A stretch of 64,000 bases of DNA from an uncultured Bacteroidales bacterium. Its GTDB lineage: Bacteria; Bacteroidota; Bacteroidia; Bacteroidales; VadinHA17. Numbering within the stretch: the stretch's first letter is position 1; every line of letters begins with the position of its first letter. A model generated the notes under the pieces. The model worked only from the letters and a program-made list of their open reading frames with translations, was not told the DNA's origin and searched no databases. The DNA lies in assembly GCA_963750735.1 (NCBI GenBank), contig CAVVRY010000014.1, forward strand, positions 143,568 through 207,567. Reading direction: 5' to 3'. The translations under genes were made by a program, and so were the position numbers. Below are positions 20,917-31,288 of this stretch, piece by piece.

Positions 20917-23320
20917 CTAGAACTTAAATTGTACTCCTAACATAAAATTTGTACCAGCCTGCGGGAAATAGCCATTATAAAATTGTTGGGTATCATTGTA
21001 ATAATATTTGTATATCCAGGCATTCGATTCGTACATTGCATTGAAAATATTATTAATTAACAACTTAAAGGAAATGTTCTTTATTATTTTAGTTTTTATT
21101 CCGTAGTTAAAGCTGAGATCATTAATAAAGTAAGCATTTAATATCCTATCCTTATTTGATGTATTATCTATATATTGCTTTCCCACATATTTTGAAATGA
21201 AGCTTATGCCCAGATTTTTTATTGGTTCATATGTAATTGAGCTTCCTGCGATTATATTTGGTGAAAAAGACAAGTTAGTTGTTCCAAGATTTTCAATACG
21301 TTGGCCCCATGTATCCCAATCGTCAATATAATCGGTATAACCCAGGATTTTATTCCGGCTAAAAGTTGCATTTATTTCCCAAACTAATTTTGAGACAATT
21401 TGAAAACCTGCAGCTATTTCAATGCCTGTACGATAGCTACTTTTAACATTTGTCATTACTGGTGCACCTACATCGTTTATTTGACCAGTTAGGACAAGTT
21501 GATTATTATAATCCATATAATAAACATTCAGTTCAAGCTTAGTTGATCTGCTGCTATATTTATATCCTAGCTCGTAATCGTAAAGAGTTTCATAAGGTTG
21601 GAACCTGCCCTGTCAGATCAGCATCCACTAGATTATCCCTATTGGGTTCACGATTCCCTACAGAAAAAGAAAAAAATGTGCTGTGCTTTTCAGATATTTT
21701 ATAGTTCAATCCAAGTTTCGGATTAAAGAAAAAGTAATTATGCTTTTGAGAAATGTTTCTTAAATCATCATCAAAACCATCAATTTCATACAATATTTTC
21801 CTAATCTGCAAATCAGCAAAAAGGTTGAGGGATGACAGTAACTGGTAATTTGCTTTTGCGTAAATGTTAAAATCGGTTTTTACTCCTTTATTTCTATACC
21901 ATTCATAATCATATTCTCCTTTTTCAGCAAACTGAGACCAAATAACCTTACCAAAATGATTTCCAAAGTATTTATTCCATGCTCCACCAAGGATAAAGTT
22001 CCATTTCAATTTTTTATAGGTCAAAGAATAGGTAATTCCGTAAAAATCGTTGTCCAACCATTTTTGTGTAATAAGATCTGAATTATAAATGGTGTCCATT
22101 CCAACTATTACATTATCCATACCATAGTTAGAAAATTTTCTGTCCTCCTTATACTGTTCGTAATTCCCTTTACCTTTTGTGTAATGAAATGCAAGGTTTA
22201 AATACAACTGTTTTATCAATTCTCTTGAATAAAAAACCTGCAGGTGGTTTTGCAAATAATTATCTGTTTCATTTTCGTAATATTTTACATTTCCATCTTT
22301 ATCGGTATACTCTCCTGCACTGTTGTAGGTTCTATTGGTATCAATGATATAACTTGGAACTCCATTCCATGCCTGGTATGTTTTTTCTTTGCCTGAAACA
22401 TAAACAACCTTCACGATATCCTTTTTTCCATAAAAACCTCCTGAAAGACTGTATGATAAAAGATCTGAAGATGCTCTGTCAATGTATCCATCTGAATTTA
22501 TCTTTGAGAATCGAGCATCAAAAGTAAATCGGTCATTAATCAACCCAGAGCCAAGCAGTATATTATTTTTAAAAGTATTGAAAGACCCGAAAGATGAATT
22601 TATTTCGGCATAAGGTTTATTTTTCTTTTTAAAGGTTTGTAGATTTATCGATGCTCCGAAAGCACTAGCTCCATTTGTAGATGTCCCAACACCTCTTTGT
22701 ATCTGAATATTGTCAACTGAAGTTGCAAAGTCAGGCAAATCAACCCACCATGTCCCATGAGATTCCGGATCATTTAAAGGAATACCATTTACAGTAATAT
22801 TTATCCTTGTCAGATCTGTCCCTCTAATCCTGTAAGTAGTATATCCCACTCCAGCTCCAGCATCTGAACTCACAACCATTGAGGGACTCAAATTTAGCAA
22901 GTATGGCATATCCTGACCCAGATTCCGCTTTTCAATATCTTCCTTTTTAATATTAGATTGAGTAACCGGATCATTTTGATCTGCCCGAGTAGCTCTGACA
23001 ATTACTTCTTCTGCAAGAACTGATGCAGCTTTCATTTTAATATTCAGAACAATGGATTCAGTCAGAATCTCGATATCATTTGAGCTCATTTCGAAACCAA
23101 CGTAAGTAACCTCAAGGATATAGGACCCTTTTTGCATATTAGAAAACTTGAAACTTCCATTTAAATCTGTAGATGCTCCATAATATGAATTTTTCAATAC
23201 TACATTGGCACCAATAAGTATATTGCCATTTTCATCGGTTACAGTGCCAGAAACGCTTACCTGCCCATAAATAATTCTAAATAGAAACAACAACCACAGA
23301 ATTAAAGTAATTCTTCTCAT
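20917..23320 (-). pseudogene. TonB-dependent outer-membrane receptor (TPP-riboswitch controlled), frame broken near 21595-21615
   Basis: ORF 21590..23320 carries a signal peptide, a carboxypeptidase-regulatory-like domain (VSGTVTDENGNILIGANVVL), the plug and part of the barrel. ORF 20917..21516 is the C-terminal barrel, ending in the terminal aromatic (...GVQFKF). My hand translation upstream of 21516 stays open (..PYETLYDYELGYKY..) to 21612 and overlaps the end of the N-terminal ORF in a different frame, implying a single indel. Confidence 0.85.
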
Positions 23321-23340
23321 AATGTTAAAATAAAATTCGT

Positions 23341-23427
23341 GGGGGAAGTTTTCTTTTCCCTACACCGGCATTACCCGGACCAGGTTCAAAGGGTGTGATC
23401 TCAGCCTGATGTATTAAGGCACCCCCA
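23341..23427 (-). ncRNA. TPP (THI-box) riboswitch in the 5' leader of the TonB-dependent receptor
   Basis: Minus-strand RNA reads GGGGGUGCCUUAAUACAUCAGGCUGAGAUCACACCCUUUGAACCUGGUCCGGGUAAUGCCGGUGUAGGGAAAAGAAAACUUCCCCC. It contains the conserved GGGGUGC, CUGAGA, ACCCUUUGAACCUG and UAAUGCCGGnGUAGGGA blocks with a closing GGGGG/CCCCC P1 stem, and ends ~20 nt before the ATG at 23320. Confidence 0.9.
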
Positions 23428-23560
23428 ATAACAAACAAAGGTAAATAATTATTTGGTTTATGAAATTAAATGCCTGTTTTTGAGATTATTCTTAAAAGCT
23501 CCTGCATGGGTTTTATAACTCAAATAAAATCTCATGAAACTCAAATAATAATATTAATCC

Positions 23561-23590
23561 AAAACAAAAAAAGCCGGTATTAACCGGCTT
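23561..23590 (-). terminator. Rho-independent terminator after thioredoxin gene
   Basis: Hairpin aagccggt-atta-accggctt (23571-23590), followed on the minus strand by TTTTTGTTTT, 20 nt after the stop. Confidence 0.75.
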
Positions 23591-23610
23591 TCATCACTAA
23601 ATATTTAGCT

Positions 23611-23973
23611 TTAGTTTTTCTCAACTTTTAAAACATCCTTTATAGCTTTTTCAAGAGTATCTTTTGGTAAAGCTCCCATAGCCATTTGTGGTTGATCATC
23701 TTGAGGTACAAAAAGTAAACTTGGAATACTTTTTATCCCAAACATCCCTGCTAACTCTTGTTCTTGCTCAGTATTAACCTTATAAATGTTTATATCTCCA
23801 TTATACTCATTATGAAGCTCTTCGAGAATGGGAGCGATAATTTTACAAGGTTGACACCAGTCAGCGTAAAAATCAATTAAACAAGGCTTGTCACCTTCAA
23901 ATTTCCATTCCTTGTTTTCTTCAAAGTTAAATACCTTTTCCTTAAATGTGTCCTTAGTTAAATGTTCCAGCAT
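23611..23973 (-). CDS. thioredoxin-family protein
   Basis: 120 aa with active site WCQPCK in the usual context (LIDFYADWCQPCKIIAPILEEL). Confidence 0.85.
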   Translation of the reverse strand: MLEHLTKDTFKEKVFNFEENKEWKFEGDKPCLIDFYADWCQPCKIIAPILEELHNEYNGDINIYKVNTEQEQELAGMFGIKSIPSLLFVPQDDQPQMAMGALPKDTLEKAIKDVLKVEKN

Positions 23974-24497
23974 TACAATAAATTATAATTAATAAAATAG
24001 TTCTTTCTAATATCTGCTTATACGTCAGCAAAAGTAATCAAATAACATACCAATAATTTTTTAATACGTATCAAAATGATCTTGAATAGTAATCACGGGA
24101 AAAGTTTCAAATCACTTAAATTCTATATAAGCATCAAGCAAACAGCACTTTGCATATAACCTGACTGGGTTTACTAAAGCTTCTTTAGTCTTTAGTTCAA
24201 ATAATTTATGGACCAAAAAGCTAACAAAAGAATTAGCTTTAGTAGTTCTGTCATATTTGCAGTATAATATGACATATTCGCCTAAAAGACTTAAAATTAA
24301 AGAAAATATAGACCAGACAGTTAAATTATGACAAACATTGAACTAGGCAATAATTATTTATATACATTTTTAGCATCTTTGATCTATAAATAACTATGAT
24401 TAATTTTTCTATTAAAACAGTCAGTTGCTTTCATGAAGTTTTATGGGAAATACTTCCAGGAATAAAATTTGACATTTTTGAAGAAAAATCTTAGAAA

Positions 24498-25505
24498 ATG
24501 ACCAAAAAAAAGAAGTTTCAGCAGCTTTTCAGTAAAGGAACCCTTGATGACGAAATTCTATTCAGGCCAATCCTAATGCACTTTGCAGCCAGGTATATTG
24601 GTAAATCGTATAAAGAATTTGCATCTGATTATAAGACTTTAGTAGAAAGTAATCTCAGGTGTCTTGAAGATTTTGACTTGGATGCAGTTGGATTGATCTC
24701 TGATCCTTATCGCGAAACTTCTGCTTTCGGTGCAAAAATAACCTTTCCTGATGAAGCTGTTCCTCGCTGCGAGGAATTAATTATCAAAACCCTTGAAGAT
24801 GTTAAATTGCTTAAAAATCCTGATGTTTATAAGGCTCAAAGGACATTGGATCGTATTAATGCAGCAAAATTATTGTACCGAGAAGTAGGTAACGAAGTCC
24901 CGGTTATCGGTTGGGTTGAAGGGCCACTGGCTGAGGCCTGTGACCTGGCTGGAATTAATGAAGTACTGCTTAACCTTCTGGTTAAGCCTGATTTTGTAAA
25001 ATTATTAATAGAAAAAACTACTGTAACTGCTATGAATTTTGCAAAGGCTCAAATTGATGCAGGCTGTGACATAATTGGTGTTGGAGATGCCATTTGTAGT
25101 CAAATTTCTCAAGAAAGTTATAAGGAATTTGTTAAAGACAAGCACGCTGAATTATTCGATTACATCCATGGTCAGGGTGCGAAAGTAAAACTACATATTT
25201 GTGGAAATATTTCACACCTGCTTGCAGATCTCAAGCAAACGCGGCCTGACATTGTAGATATAGATCACATGGTAAATATGGATGAAGCATACTATGTACT
25301 GGGTCCTGAAATTGTTAGATGTGGAAATATTGATCCGGTAACTGTAATTCAAAATCAGAATGAAAATAAGATAGCAGAAACTGTAAAAGTACTCTGTAAA
25401 AAAGAGCTAGGTAAAAGATTTATACTTTCTGGCGGTTGTGAGATAACCGTTTTAACTCCTCCTTTAAACTTAAAAGCAATGAGGGATTCCTCAAGGGCAT
25501 TTTAA
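24498..25505 (+). CDS. uroporphyrinogen decarboxylase (URO-D) family protein, MtaA/CmuA-like
   Basis: 335 aa with a TIM-barrel-like pattern. RPILMHFAARYIG, GWVEGPLAEACDL, DAICSQIS and HICGN resemble URO-D/methylcobamide methyltransferase family members. The specific function cannot be read from sequence. Confidence 0.6.
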   Translation: MTKKKKFQQLFSKGTLDDEILFRPILMHFAARYIGKSYKEFASDYKTLVESNLRCLEDFDLDAVGLISDPYRETSAFGAKITFPDEAVPRCEELIIKTLEDVKLLKNPDVYKAQRTLDRINAAKLLYREVGNEVPVIGWVEGPLAEACDLAGINEVLLNLLVKPDFVKLLIEKTTVTAMNFAKAQIDAGCDIIGVGDAICSQISQESYKEFVKDKHAELFDYIHGQGAKVKLHICGNISHLLADLKQTRPDIVDIDHMVNMDEAYYVLGPEIVRCGNIDPVTVIQNQNENKIAETVKVLCKKELGKRFILSGGCEITVLTPPLNLKAMRDSSRAF

Positions 25506-25506
25506 A

Positions 25507-26682
25507 TCACAATTGATCATTTCTTTTTATTAATTCAATTCTCTGGTTCACACAATCGATAGACCGGAGAGCATCAGGGGGAGTATTCTTAACATAATCA
25601 ACCAGCTTGTCTATGGTACTTGTAGCCACATTTAACCTTGTATCACTAGCGCCATAATATATCAACACTTCTCCATTAGATCTTTTTACCCAGCCATTTC
25701 CAAACACAACATTTGAAACATCGCCAACACGTTCTTCACCCATGGGGGAAAGAAAATGACCACCAGGCTCAAATATTTTCCGGGTAGGATCTTCCAGGCT
25801 GGTCATGAACATATACAATACGTATCTGGCTCCTGCGGCGGTCCCTCTAACAGCATGAGCTAAATGCAGCCAACCTTCACTGGTTTTTATTGGTGCAGGA
25901 CCCTGACCATTTTTACCTTCCTTAATAGTATGGTAAACTCGCTCGTCGAATATAATTTCCTTATCAAGCTTAGGATTTTCAATATTTTCACATAAACCCC
26001 ATCCGATTCCTTCTCCGGATCCAAGGGCAGCAAAATCGTTCAAAGGACGTGTATAAAACGCGTATTTACCATCAACAAATTCTGGATGTAACACACAATT
26101 TCTTTGTTGACTACTTGAAGTTTTTAAGTTTGGTAGACGTTCCCAGGATTTTAAATCCTTTGACCGAATAATTCCGCAACCGGCCAGAGCAGCAGAAATA
26201 TTGTGGGGTTGACTATCGTCGTGGCTTTCAGAACAAAAAGTACCATAAATCCATCCATCTTCGTGTTTTACAAGACGCATATCGTAAACATTTGTCTCAT
26301 TCGGATATAGATCTGGTATCTGAACCGGATAGTTCCAAAACCTAAAGTTATCAATACCATTCTGGCTTTCAGCTATCCCAAAAAAGGATTTTCTATCCCA
26401 ACCTTCAATCCGAGGCATCAATACCACTTTCCCATTGAATTCTATCGCACCACTATTCAATACAACATTAATTCCCAATCTCTGCATTAGATGAGGATTG
26501 CTTTCAAAATTAAAATCATATTTCCAATTCAATGGCACATGTTCATCAGTTAATACCGGATATTCATACCTGTCATAAATTCCATTCTCATATTTTTGCA
26601 AAATCCTGTTTGGCCTCCTAAGAAGAGCCTCATGGTTTTGAAGTAGCCTTTCCTTATTTGGTTTAAATTCTTCCTTATTCAT
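25507..26682 (-). CDS. GH130 glycoside phosphorylase (4-O-beta-D-mannosyl-D-glucose / beta-1,4-mannooligosaccharide phosphorylase-like)
   Basis: As far as I recall its sequence, colinear with Bacteroides fragilis mannosylglucose phosphorylase: YPVLTDEHVP..W.YD.N.E.NP.LM.R.G.N..LN.GAI...GK......R.EG.DRKSFF..AES.NGIDNFRFW. 391 aa. Confidence 0.8.
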   Translation of the reverse strand: MNKEEFKPNKERLLQNHEALLRRPNRILQKYENGIYDRYEYPVLTDEHVPLNWKYDFNFESNPHLMQRLGINVVLNSGAIEFNGKVVLMPRIEGWDRKSFFGIAESQNGIDNFRFWNYPVQIPDLYPNETNVYDMRLVKHEDGWIYGTFCSESHDDSQPHNISAALAGCGIIRSKDLKSWERLPNLKTSSSQQRNCVLHPEFVDGKYAFYTRPLNDFAALGSGEGIGWGLCENIENPKLDKEIIFDERVYHTIKEGKNGQGPAPIKTSEGWLHLAHAVRGTAAGARYVLYMFMTSLEDPTRKIFEPGGHFLSPMGEERVGDVSNVVFGNGWVKRSNGEVLIYYGASDTRLNVATSTIDKLVDYVKNTPPDALRSIDCVNQRIELIKRNDQL

Positions 26683-26816
26683 ATAATCGTTTCTTAATCA
26701 GTCAATTATCTCAAAATAAATGATCCGACAATAATTGATGATGTTTTTAGTATTATCTTTCCTCAAAAATATTAAAATAATAATCTGAATAAAATTTTGG
26801 ACTCATTTATATAAAT

Positions 26817-28577
26817 GTGAATACATCAACATACAATAAACTTCCCTTTGTTGAAGTAAAAGGAAAATATGCCGTTTACAAAGGTTGGGTGAATATAGCT
26901 GAGGCACTAAAAACTCATGCCAATAAAATAAATAAGGCACGATTAATAATAGTGGTTGAATGTTACCAGGGAGTTGTAATTGAAGAGATAGAACAGCAGT
27001 TGTCTAATCACCTGGATACAAATGAAACATTTCTATCAACTGAGGTCATGTATGAGGAAGAGGTAATAAAAAAAATGGTATATCCTGATGTTACGGATGA
27101 TCGAATTTTTGGCAATCTCACTGATCTGAACATGCAGGATTTCATTGATGAAAATAAGGTTAAGGCATTTTGCAGTGAAATCAACAAAATCGGGAAAGGA
27201 CTAATTCTGGTTATTGGTCCAGGGGCCAGTCTGATTTGCCCCGATTATGATTTATTGGTCTATGCAGATATGGCACGATGGGAGATCCAACAGCGCATGA
27301 GGCGGCATGAAGTAGACAATCTGGGTGTAAAAAATCGAAATACAAAAGATTGGATGCTACTTTATAAACAAGGTTATTTTGTTGATTGGCGTATTTGCGA
27401 CCGATTAAAGAAGCAATTATTTGATAATATAGACTTTGTTTTAGATACCAATAACAGGGAAGAACCCAAATTGGTGCCAAATAATGCCGTTCTCAGTGGT
27501 TACAAAACTGCTGTGAAACGTCCTTTTAGTGTTGTTCCTTTTTTCGATCCGGGACCTTGGGGTGGTCAGTGGTTGAAAGAAGTTTGCAATTTAGATCCGA
27601 ATCAAGATAACTATGCATGGTGTTTTAATTGTGTTCCTGAAGAAAATAGCCTTTTATTAAAAATTGGAGGTGAGCTCATTGAATTACCAAGCATTAACCT
27701 GGTATTCCGCCACCCAACAGAACTTTTAGGTATTTCTGTATACGAACGATTTGGTGATGAATTCCCAATCCGCTTCGACTTTTTAGATACTATGGGAGGT
27801 GGAAACTTAAGCCTTCAGGTGCATCCATTAACTGAATATATTCAGGCAAAATTTGGCTTGGGATATACTCAAGACGAAAGTTATTACATGCTCGATACGA
27901 AAGATGGGGCCTGTGTTTATCTTGGTCTAAAGGAAGATGTGGAGCAAGAATCTTGTATTCAAGATTTAAAAGAAGCTCGAAAAGGCCAAAAAGTTTTTGA
28001 CGACTGTAAGTATATTCAGACATGGCCAGCAAAAAAGCATGATCATTTCCTTATTCCTGCCGGAACAATCCATTGTTCTGGGAAAAATTGCATGGTGCTC
28101 GAAATAAGTGCAACTCCTTACATATTTACTTTTAAATTATGGGACTGGGGTCGCTTAGGTATGGATGGAAAGCCACGACCTATCAATATTGAACATGCAG
28201 AACAGGTAATTCAATGGGACAGGTCAACAGAATGGACAAAAGAAAATTTGATCAACAGATTTGAAATTGTTGATCAGGGTAAAGACTGGATTGAAGAACG
28301 AACCGGATTGCATGAGCTAGAGTTTATTGAAACGCGTCGCCATTGGTTCACAGGATTAGTAAAACACGAAACCAAATTTGGAGTAGAAGTTATTTGTTTA
28401 GTGGAGGGTGAAGAAATTATTGTAGAATGTCCAGAGAATAATTTTGAGCCATATGTAATACACTATGCAGAGGTATTCATTTTACCAGCCAGCATAAAAA
28501 AATATACAATTCGGCCATTCGGAAAATCCCTTGGCAAAAAATGCGGAACTATAAAAGCCTATGTTCGTCCTCAATAG
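26817..28577 (+). CDS. class I mannose-6-phosphate isomerase-like (cupin) protein, long form
   Basis: 586 aa. LSLQVHP, ESYYMLD and HFLIPAGTIHCSG resemble the zinc-ligand motifs of type I PMI. GTG start. Confidence 0.6.
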   Translation: MNTSTYNKLPFVEVKGKYAVYKGWVNIAEALKTHANKINKARLIIVVECYQGVVIEEIEQQLSNHLDTNETFLSTEVMYEEEVIKKMVYPDVTDDRIFGNLTDLNMQDFIDENKVKAFCSEINKIGKGLILVIGPGASLICPDYDLLVYADMARWEIQQRMRRHEVDNLGVKNRNTKDWMLLYKQGYFVDWRICDRLKKQLFDNIDFVLDTNNREEPKLVPNNAVLSGYKTAVKRPFSVVPFFDPGPWGGQWLKEVCNLDPNQDNYAWCFNCVPEENSLLLKIGGELIELPSINLVFRHPTELLGISVYERFGDEFPIRFDFLDTMGGGNLSLQVHPLTEYIQAKFGLGYTQDESYYMLDTKDGACVYLGLKEDVEQESCIQDLKEARKGQKVFDDCKYIQTWPAKKHDHFLIPAGTIHCSGKNCMVLEISATPYIFTFKLWDWGRLGMDGKPRPINIEHAEQVIQWDRSTEWTKENLINRFEIVDQGKDWIEERTGLHELEFIETRRHWFTGLVKHETKFGVEVICLVEGEEIIVECPENNFEPYVIHYAEVFILPASIKKYTIRPFGKSLGKKCGTIKAYVRPQ

Positions 28578-28767
28578 CAGCTTAAATCCTAAAATTATTA
28601 AACATTAAATCCTATAGGTGCAACTAATAAACCAATGAAGGCAAAAATTGACAAGGAGTGAGTCTTGCTGCTGTAATGTTTATGCCTGTTGAAAAATTGT
28701 TGCTAAATTTGAACACTAAAAAACCACGATTTAGTTTCTCGAAGCTTATTGTAAAATAACCATAGTT

Positions 28768-30180
28768 GTGAAGAGCGGACTCACCAATCCAATTTTTAAA
28801 ATCATCTCAGAGATTTCTGCTCAGGAAGAAATTCCTGCATACGTTGTTGGTGGTTATGTTAGAGATCTTTTTTTGGATCGTTCTAAAGAGGAGCAGGATA
28901 TTGATGTGGTGGTGGTAGGCAATGGGATTGAAATGGCAAGGAAGGTTGCAAAGGCTGCAAAACCTAAAACTAAAGTATCGGTTTTTAAAAATTTTGGTAC
29001 GGCCATGTTTAGGTATGGAACAAATGAAATTGAGTTTGTTGGAGCACGGAAAGAATCTTATCGAAAATCTTCACGAAAACCTCTTGTTGAAGATGGATCA
29101 CTTGAGGATGATCAGAAGCGCAGGGATTTTACTATTAATGCAATGGCCATTAGTTTAAATAAAGATTCATATGGATCTTTTATTGATCCATTTAATGGTA
29201 TTTCAGATTTAGAAAATAAGATTATCCGAACACCTCTTGATCCGGATCAGACATTTTCTGATGATCCATTGCGAATGATCCGAGCAGTCAGGTTTGCTGC
29301 ACAGCTGAATTTTACAATTGAAGAGGAGACATTTAATGCAATTGAAAGAAATTATGAACGTATAAAAATTGTATCACAGGAAAGGATTATTACTGAACTT
29401 CAAAAAATCATTTTATCCGATAAACCATCTAAAGGATTTATTTTACTTGAACAAACACACCTTCTTGAAATTATTTTTCCTGAATTGCAAAGCATGAAGG
29501 GAGTGGATTCAATTGATGGCAAACAGCATAAAGATAATTTTTACCATACTTTGATGGTTTTGGACAACATCAGTCTAAAAACCAATAATATTTGGTTGAG
29601 ATGGGCAGCCATATTGCATGATATTGGAAAGCCCAGTACAAAAAAATATATACCTGAACTCGGTTGGACATTTCACGGGCACGACTTTATTGGATCAAAA
29701 ATGGTTCCAGGTATTTTTAGAAGAATGAAACTACCCTTAAGTGACAGTATGAAGTATGTGCAGAAAATTGTCCTGCTTCATCTGAGACCCATTGCCCTGG
29801 CTGAGGATGTTGTTTCTGACTCTGCCATCCGCAGGCTTTTATTTGACGCAGGAGAAGATATCGAGGATCTTATGACACTCAGCGAAGCTGATATTACTTC
29901 GAAAAATGAGAAAAAGATAAAAACATATCTTAAAAACTTCAGGAAAGTCAGACAGAAGTTAAAAACGATTGAAGAAAAAGATGCTGTAAAAAATTTCCAA
30001 CCGCCTATTAGTGGGGATGATATTATTAAAACCTTTAACATCAATCCATCCAGGGAAGTCGGTTTAATCAAAACAGCCATAAAAGAAGCCATATTGGATG
30101 GTATTATTGGTAACAATTATGAAGAGGCATATGAGTTTATGCTTCAAAAAGGGAAAGATCTTGGTCTGACTAGAAAATAA
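28768..30180 (+). CDS. cca: CCA-adding tRNA nucleotidyltransferase / poly(A) polymerase family protein with HD domain
   Basis: N-terminal nucleotidyltransferase motifs (YVVGGYVRD..., DIDVVV, RRDFTINAM, DDPLRMIRAVRF) and an HD region (AAILHDIGK). GTG start. Confidence 0.75.
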   Translation: MKSGLTNPIFKIISEISAQEEIPAYVVGGYVRDLFLDRSKEEQDIDVVVVGNGIEMARKVAKAAKPKTKVSVFKNFGTAMFRYGTNEIEFVGARKESYRKSSRKPLVEDGSLEDDQKRRDFTINAMAISLNKDSYGSFIDPFNGISDLENKIIRTPLDPDQTFSDDPLRMIRAVRFAAQLNFTIEEETFNAIERNYERIKIVSQERIITELQKIILSDKPSKGFILLEQTHLLEIIFPELQSMKGVDSIDGKQHKDNFYHTLMVLDNISLKTNNIWLRWAAILHDIGKPSTKKYIPELGWTFHGHDFIGSKMVPGIFRRMKLPLSDSMKYVQKIVLLHLRPIALAEDVVSDSAIRRLLFDAGEDIEDLMTLSEADITSKNEKKIKTYLKNFRKVRQKLKTIEEKDAVKNFQPPISGDDIIKTFNINPSREVGLIKTAIKEAILDGIIGNNYEEAYEFMLQKGKDLGLTRK

Positions 30181-30202
30181 TTTTGGCAAGTGAATGTAAT
30201 AG

Positions 30203-31288
30203 TTAATTCCTAGAAGAATCTCCGGGTTTTGGAATAAGCAGATTGACCTTCACTGGAAAATGATCGCTGAATCCACCTAAATATTTATACCCGGAATAGG
30301 TTGCAAAGGGCTTGATTCCTAGATTCCTTTCATCCTCAATCGTTAGGAATGGTGGTTTGAAAACCCCAAAAGTAGCCAGATCAACCTGAATCTTTAACTC
30401 ATTATTAAGTAAATTTCCTGAGACAATAATTTGATCAAATTTATTCCACATGCTCCGGTATTTATAAGAACCAGATTTATTATCGGTAATACCATCCAGA
30501 TTGTAGAGGAGTCCTGATAGTGGCTCATCCATTGATAGTTTCGCATCCAAAACAATATTAAGGCTTTGATTATCCGGATCATCATTAAAATCCCCCATAA
30601 TTAGAACACCCTCACCCGGAGAATTTAAGCGAATGCTTTCAATTTTGGTTTTTAGGGTTTTAGCTGCCTGAATACGCCTTGATTCAGATTCAAGCTGACC
30701 ACCCCTGCGAGAAGGCCAGTGGTTAACGAAAATATGAATAGTATCTGAGGAGTGTATAAAAACCCCTTTTACATAAAGTATATCTCTGGTAAGATAAGAA
30801 GTGGATTCCTTAAAGTAAACTGGTATTGGTTCTGCATGGGTAGGTTCAAAAACTGCCTCATTGTAGAGGAGAGCAACATCTATTCCACGGCTATCAGGTG
30901 ATTCAAAATGTTTATATTTATACTTAAACTTAGAAAGTGGAGTATCGTAAATTAAGTCATTCAATACTCTTCTATTTTCTACCTCACAAAGTCCAATTAT
31001 AGCTGGTGGATCCCATCCTCCTGCAGCAACAATTGCTTTATAAAGCTTGCTAATTTTTGAATTATACCTATCAATGGTCCAGTGTTTTTCACCATATGGC
31101 AAAAATTCTTCATCGACTTTTAAGGTATCGTCCCAGGTATCAAAAAGGTTCTCTACATTGTAAAATAATAGTCCAACATGATTAGAGTTATCATTATTTT
31201 GAGCAATTAAGTTAGAGCCAATAATAAATGAAAGGAGAATTAATATTAAAGGTTTACGCAAACCGAAAAATAAAAAGATATTCTTCAT
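30203..31288 (-). CDS. secreted endonuclease/exonuclease/phosphatase (EEP) family protein
   Basis: Signal peptide, then EEP-like motifs (LLFYNVENLFD, GLCEVEN, VNHWPSRRGG, IMGDFND, FSDHFPV). Confidence 0.8.
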   Translation of the reverse strand: MKNIFLFFGLRKPLILILLSFIIGSNLIAQNNDNSNHVGLLFYNVENLFDTWDDTLKVDEEFLPYGEKHWTIDRYNSKISKLYKAIVAAGGWDPPAIIGLCEVENRRVLNDLIYDTPLSKFKYKYKHFESPDSRGIDVALLYNEAVFEPTHAEPIPVYFKESTSYLTRDILYVKGVFIHSSDTIHIFVNHWPSRRGGQLESESRRIQAAKTLKTKIESIRLNSPGEGVLIMGDFNDDPDNQSLNIVLDAKLSMDEPLSGLLYNLDGITDNKSGSYKYRSMWNKFDQIIVSGNLLNNELKIQVDLATFGVFKPPFLTIEDERNLGIKPFATYSGYKYLGGFSDHFPVKVNLLIPKPGDSSRN

